Below, piece after piece: positions 15,779 to 17,499 of a stretch of 17,499 bases of DNA. A model generated the notes under the pieces. It saw only the letters and a list, made by a program, of their open reading frames with translations. It had not been told where the DNA came from and searched no databases. The position numbers were made by a program, and so were the translations under genes. The stretch comes from a bacterium (GTDB taxonomy: Bacteria > Babelota > Babeliae > Babelales > RVW-14), in NCBI GenBank assembly GCA_043822925.1, contig JBDRBF010000035.1, forward strand, positions 1 through 17,499. The letters are read 5' to 3'. Numbering within the stretch: position 1 is the first letter of the stretch; each line of letters opens with the position of its first letter.

Positions 15779-17188
15779 ATGAGTAATGGACACGGGTCAC
15801 AAGCAAGCGTCGTACAAATTATCGTCCAAGCAACTTTATTTAATTGGATAGAACCATACAAATCTCCCGATCAACAACAAGCTTACGGCACCGGTTTTTT
15901 TATTGACGACAAAGGCTACTTAATAACAAACTATCATGTTATAGCCGGAGCAGCGAGCATCCAGCTACAAATCCCAACACTTGGTAAAGAGCGCTTCAAT
16001 GCAACAATAGCCGGCGCATGCCCAAAAAGAGATATAGCTTTATTAAAACTTACAGAAGAAGCATACAAAAACGTAACCAGTAAACTTGGTGGCATAAAAT
16101 ATCTCACACTCGGCGACTCAGATAAAATAATTCGCACACAAGAAATTTTAACACTTGGGTACCCACTCGGACAAGATGCTTTAAAAAGTACCCAAGGCAT
16201 CGTCAGTGGCCGACAAGATATTATGGGGGAATCTTTTATCCAAATAACTGCAGCATTAAACCCTGGCAATTCTGGCGGGCCATCGCTTGACGATACAGGC
16301 AACGTAATTGGCATAAACTCTGCCATAATACCGGATGCTCAAAACATTGGGTATATTATCCCGATCAGCGACGTCAAAAGTATTATTAACGATTTATTTC
16401 GCGTCACACTATTACGCAAGCCGATGCTCGGTTGCGACTTAAATTATGGTACCAAAGACATGCTCACGTTTTTAAATAACCCTGAACCTGGAGGCCTGTA
16501 TATCTCCTGCGTATACAAAAACATGCTTTTCGATAAAGCAGGCATACAAGAAGGCGACATGTGGTATCAAGTCAACGGATATGACATAGATATGTACGGA
16601 GAAATAAACGTTGACTGGAGCGAAGATAAAGTGCCTCTTTCAGCGCTTGTTAATAGATTCCAAATTGGTGAAAAAATAAATATTATTATCTATCGTAACG
16701 GCCAAAAAAAAGAACTAAACTTCTCGTTCGATCTACTAACCCCACTTCCTGTACGCATCATATTCCCTGAATTTGAAACGATAGACTACGAAGTTATCGG
16801 GGGCTTAGTTGTAATGGAACTCTCACTAAATCATGCAACATATTTTGAAGAAGTTAATCCGTTCTTAATAAACTACAGAAAACGCGATTCACAATTTGAA
16901 CCATGCTTAATTATTACGAACGTACTTCCAAATTCACAGGTATATAATGCCCGCACTATATTCCCGGGCAATATTTTAGCAGAAGTTAACAATACACCGG
17001 TCAAAACACTCGCAGATTTTAGACAAGCAGCTAAAAAAGATAAAAACTTTTTGTGCATGAAAACATCGAATAAAAAGTTTGTTGTACTGAACCTCAAAAA
17101 AGTATTACAAGATGAAGACTTTTTGACCAAAGAACATGTGTATAAAAAAACAAAACTCATCCAAGAACTCATCGATCTCACAAAATAA
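15779..17188 (+). CDS. Trypsin-like serine protease with PDZ domains (HtrA/Deg family), paralogue 3, no signal peptide
   Basis: ITNYHVI, RDIALL, LNPGNSGGP, YEVIGGLV. AGGGAG SD before the ATG. Confidence 0.93.
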   Translation: MSNGHGSQASVVQIIVQATLFNWIEPYKSPDQQQAYGTGFFIDDKGYLITNYHVIAGAASIQLQIPTLGKERFNATIAGACPKRDIALLKLTEEAYKNVTSKLGGIKYLTLGDSDKIIRTQEILTLGYPLGQDALKSTQGIVSGRQDIMGESFIQITAALNPGNSGGPSLDDTGNVIGINSAIIPDAQNIGYIIPISDVKSIINDLFRVTLLRKPMLGCDLNYGTKDMLTFLNNPEPGGLYISCVYKNMLFDKAGIQEGDMWYQVNGYDIDMYGEINVDWSEDKVPLSALVNRFQIGEKINIIIYRNGQKKELNFSFDLLTPLPVRIIFPEFETIDYEVIGGLVVMELSLNHATYFEEVNPFLINYRKRDSQFEPCLIITNVLPNSQVYNARTIFPGNILAEVNNTPVKTLADFRQAAKKDKNFLCMKTSNKKFVVLNLKKVLQDEDFLTKEHVYKKTKLIQELIDLTK

Positions 17189-17192
17189 CTCA

Positions 17193-17359
17193 ATCGGGTA
17201 CGAGGAAGCATCTAACTTCCTCGTACCACACCACCGCACGTATCGTTCGGTATACGGCAGTTCACGAAGCACTACGCAACTCATCATACCTTTGAACTAA
17301 ACTTATAAGCGCTTGTTCTTGCCAATGAGCAAGGCCGACGGAGCGCCCGCTGGGCGCAA
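17193..17359 (-). mobile_element. Internally deleted miniature class IIC group II intron (167 nt)
   Basis: Minus strand starts TTGCGCCCAGCGGGCGC, jumps to 25 codons resembling an IEP C-terminus (VGLAHWQEQALISLVQRYDELRSAS*, 17339-17262), then domain V ACTGCCGTATACCGAACGATACGTGCGGTGGT and domain VI ending TACCCGAT. Confidence 0.82.
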
Positions 17360-17499
17360 ATCGGGTAGGAGAAGTTCGCGCAAGCGAGCTTCGTCCTCCC
17401 ACACCACCGTACGTACTCATCGTATACGGCGGTTTCTTCTAACTTTTTTTTTCACAAAGATTCGAAAATCTCACAAAGACTTATAAACCCGTTTATTCT
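17360..17499 (-). mobile_element. 3' end of a second class IIC group II intron (continues beyond the window)
   Basis: Probable IEP C-terminus RINGFISLCEIFESL* (17499-17452), short domain V ACCGCCGTATACGATGAGTACGTACGGTGGT with CGC triad, and domain VI GGGAGGA...TCCT(A)CCCGAT with a bulged A. Confidence 0.88.

Noticed and set aside
15786-15815. Frameshifted N-terminus of protease 3 (alternative frame reads WTRV, like WAKV in paralogue 2)
   Set aside because: That frame has a TAA immediately before the W, the spacing to VVQ does not fit, only 35 nt separate the genes, and the ATG at 15779 has a good SD.
17105-17287. 60-aa minus-strand ORF containing ELPYTERYVRWC
   Set aside because: This is the translation of group II intron domains V and VI, not a protein.

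Overview
AT-rich bacterial window, strongly A-biased on the + strand. The gene content (a eukaryote-type ubiquitin protease with a signal peptide, divergent housekeeping genes, three Deg/HtrA paralogues) suggests an intracellular parasite of eukaryotes, possibly Dependentiae/Babelota (TM6); this assignment is inference. In order: the 3' end of an unknown gene, a YhcG/DUF1016 gene with an apparent internal deletion, a RecO-like gene, a large MscS/MscK-type channel, and a USP (C19) deubiquitinase split by one in-frame TAA. Next is a ~1 kb integrase-less islet with a GNAT/DUF1778 toxin-antitoxin pair between tmRNA (ssrA, minus strand, tag ANQNMVAQDFNAAVAYA) and a duplicated tmRNA 3' end. Then come rsmA/ksgA and three trypsin-PDZ proteases interrupted by a 1705-bp IS3-family element carrying two orfA genes. 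The window ends in two abutting class IIC group II intron pieces, one a 167-nt internally deleted miniature. The most notable signal is a ~36-aa heptad motif shared at the exact C-termini of the USP and of the truncated protein at the window start, a candidate C-terminal sorting/secretion tag.
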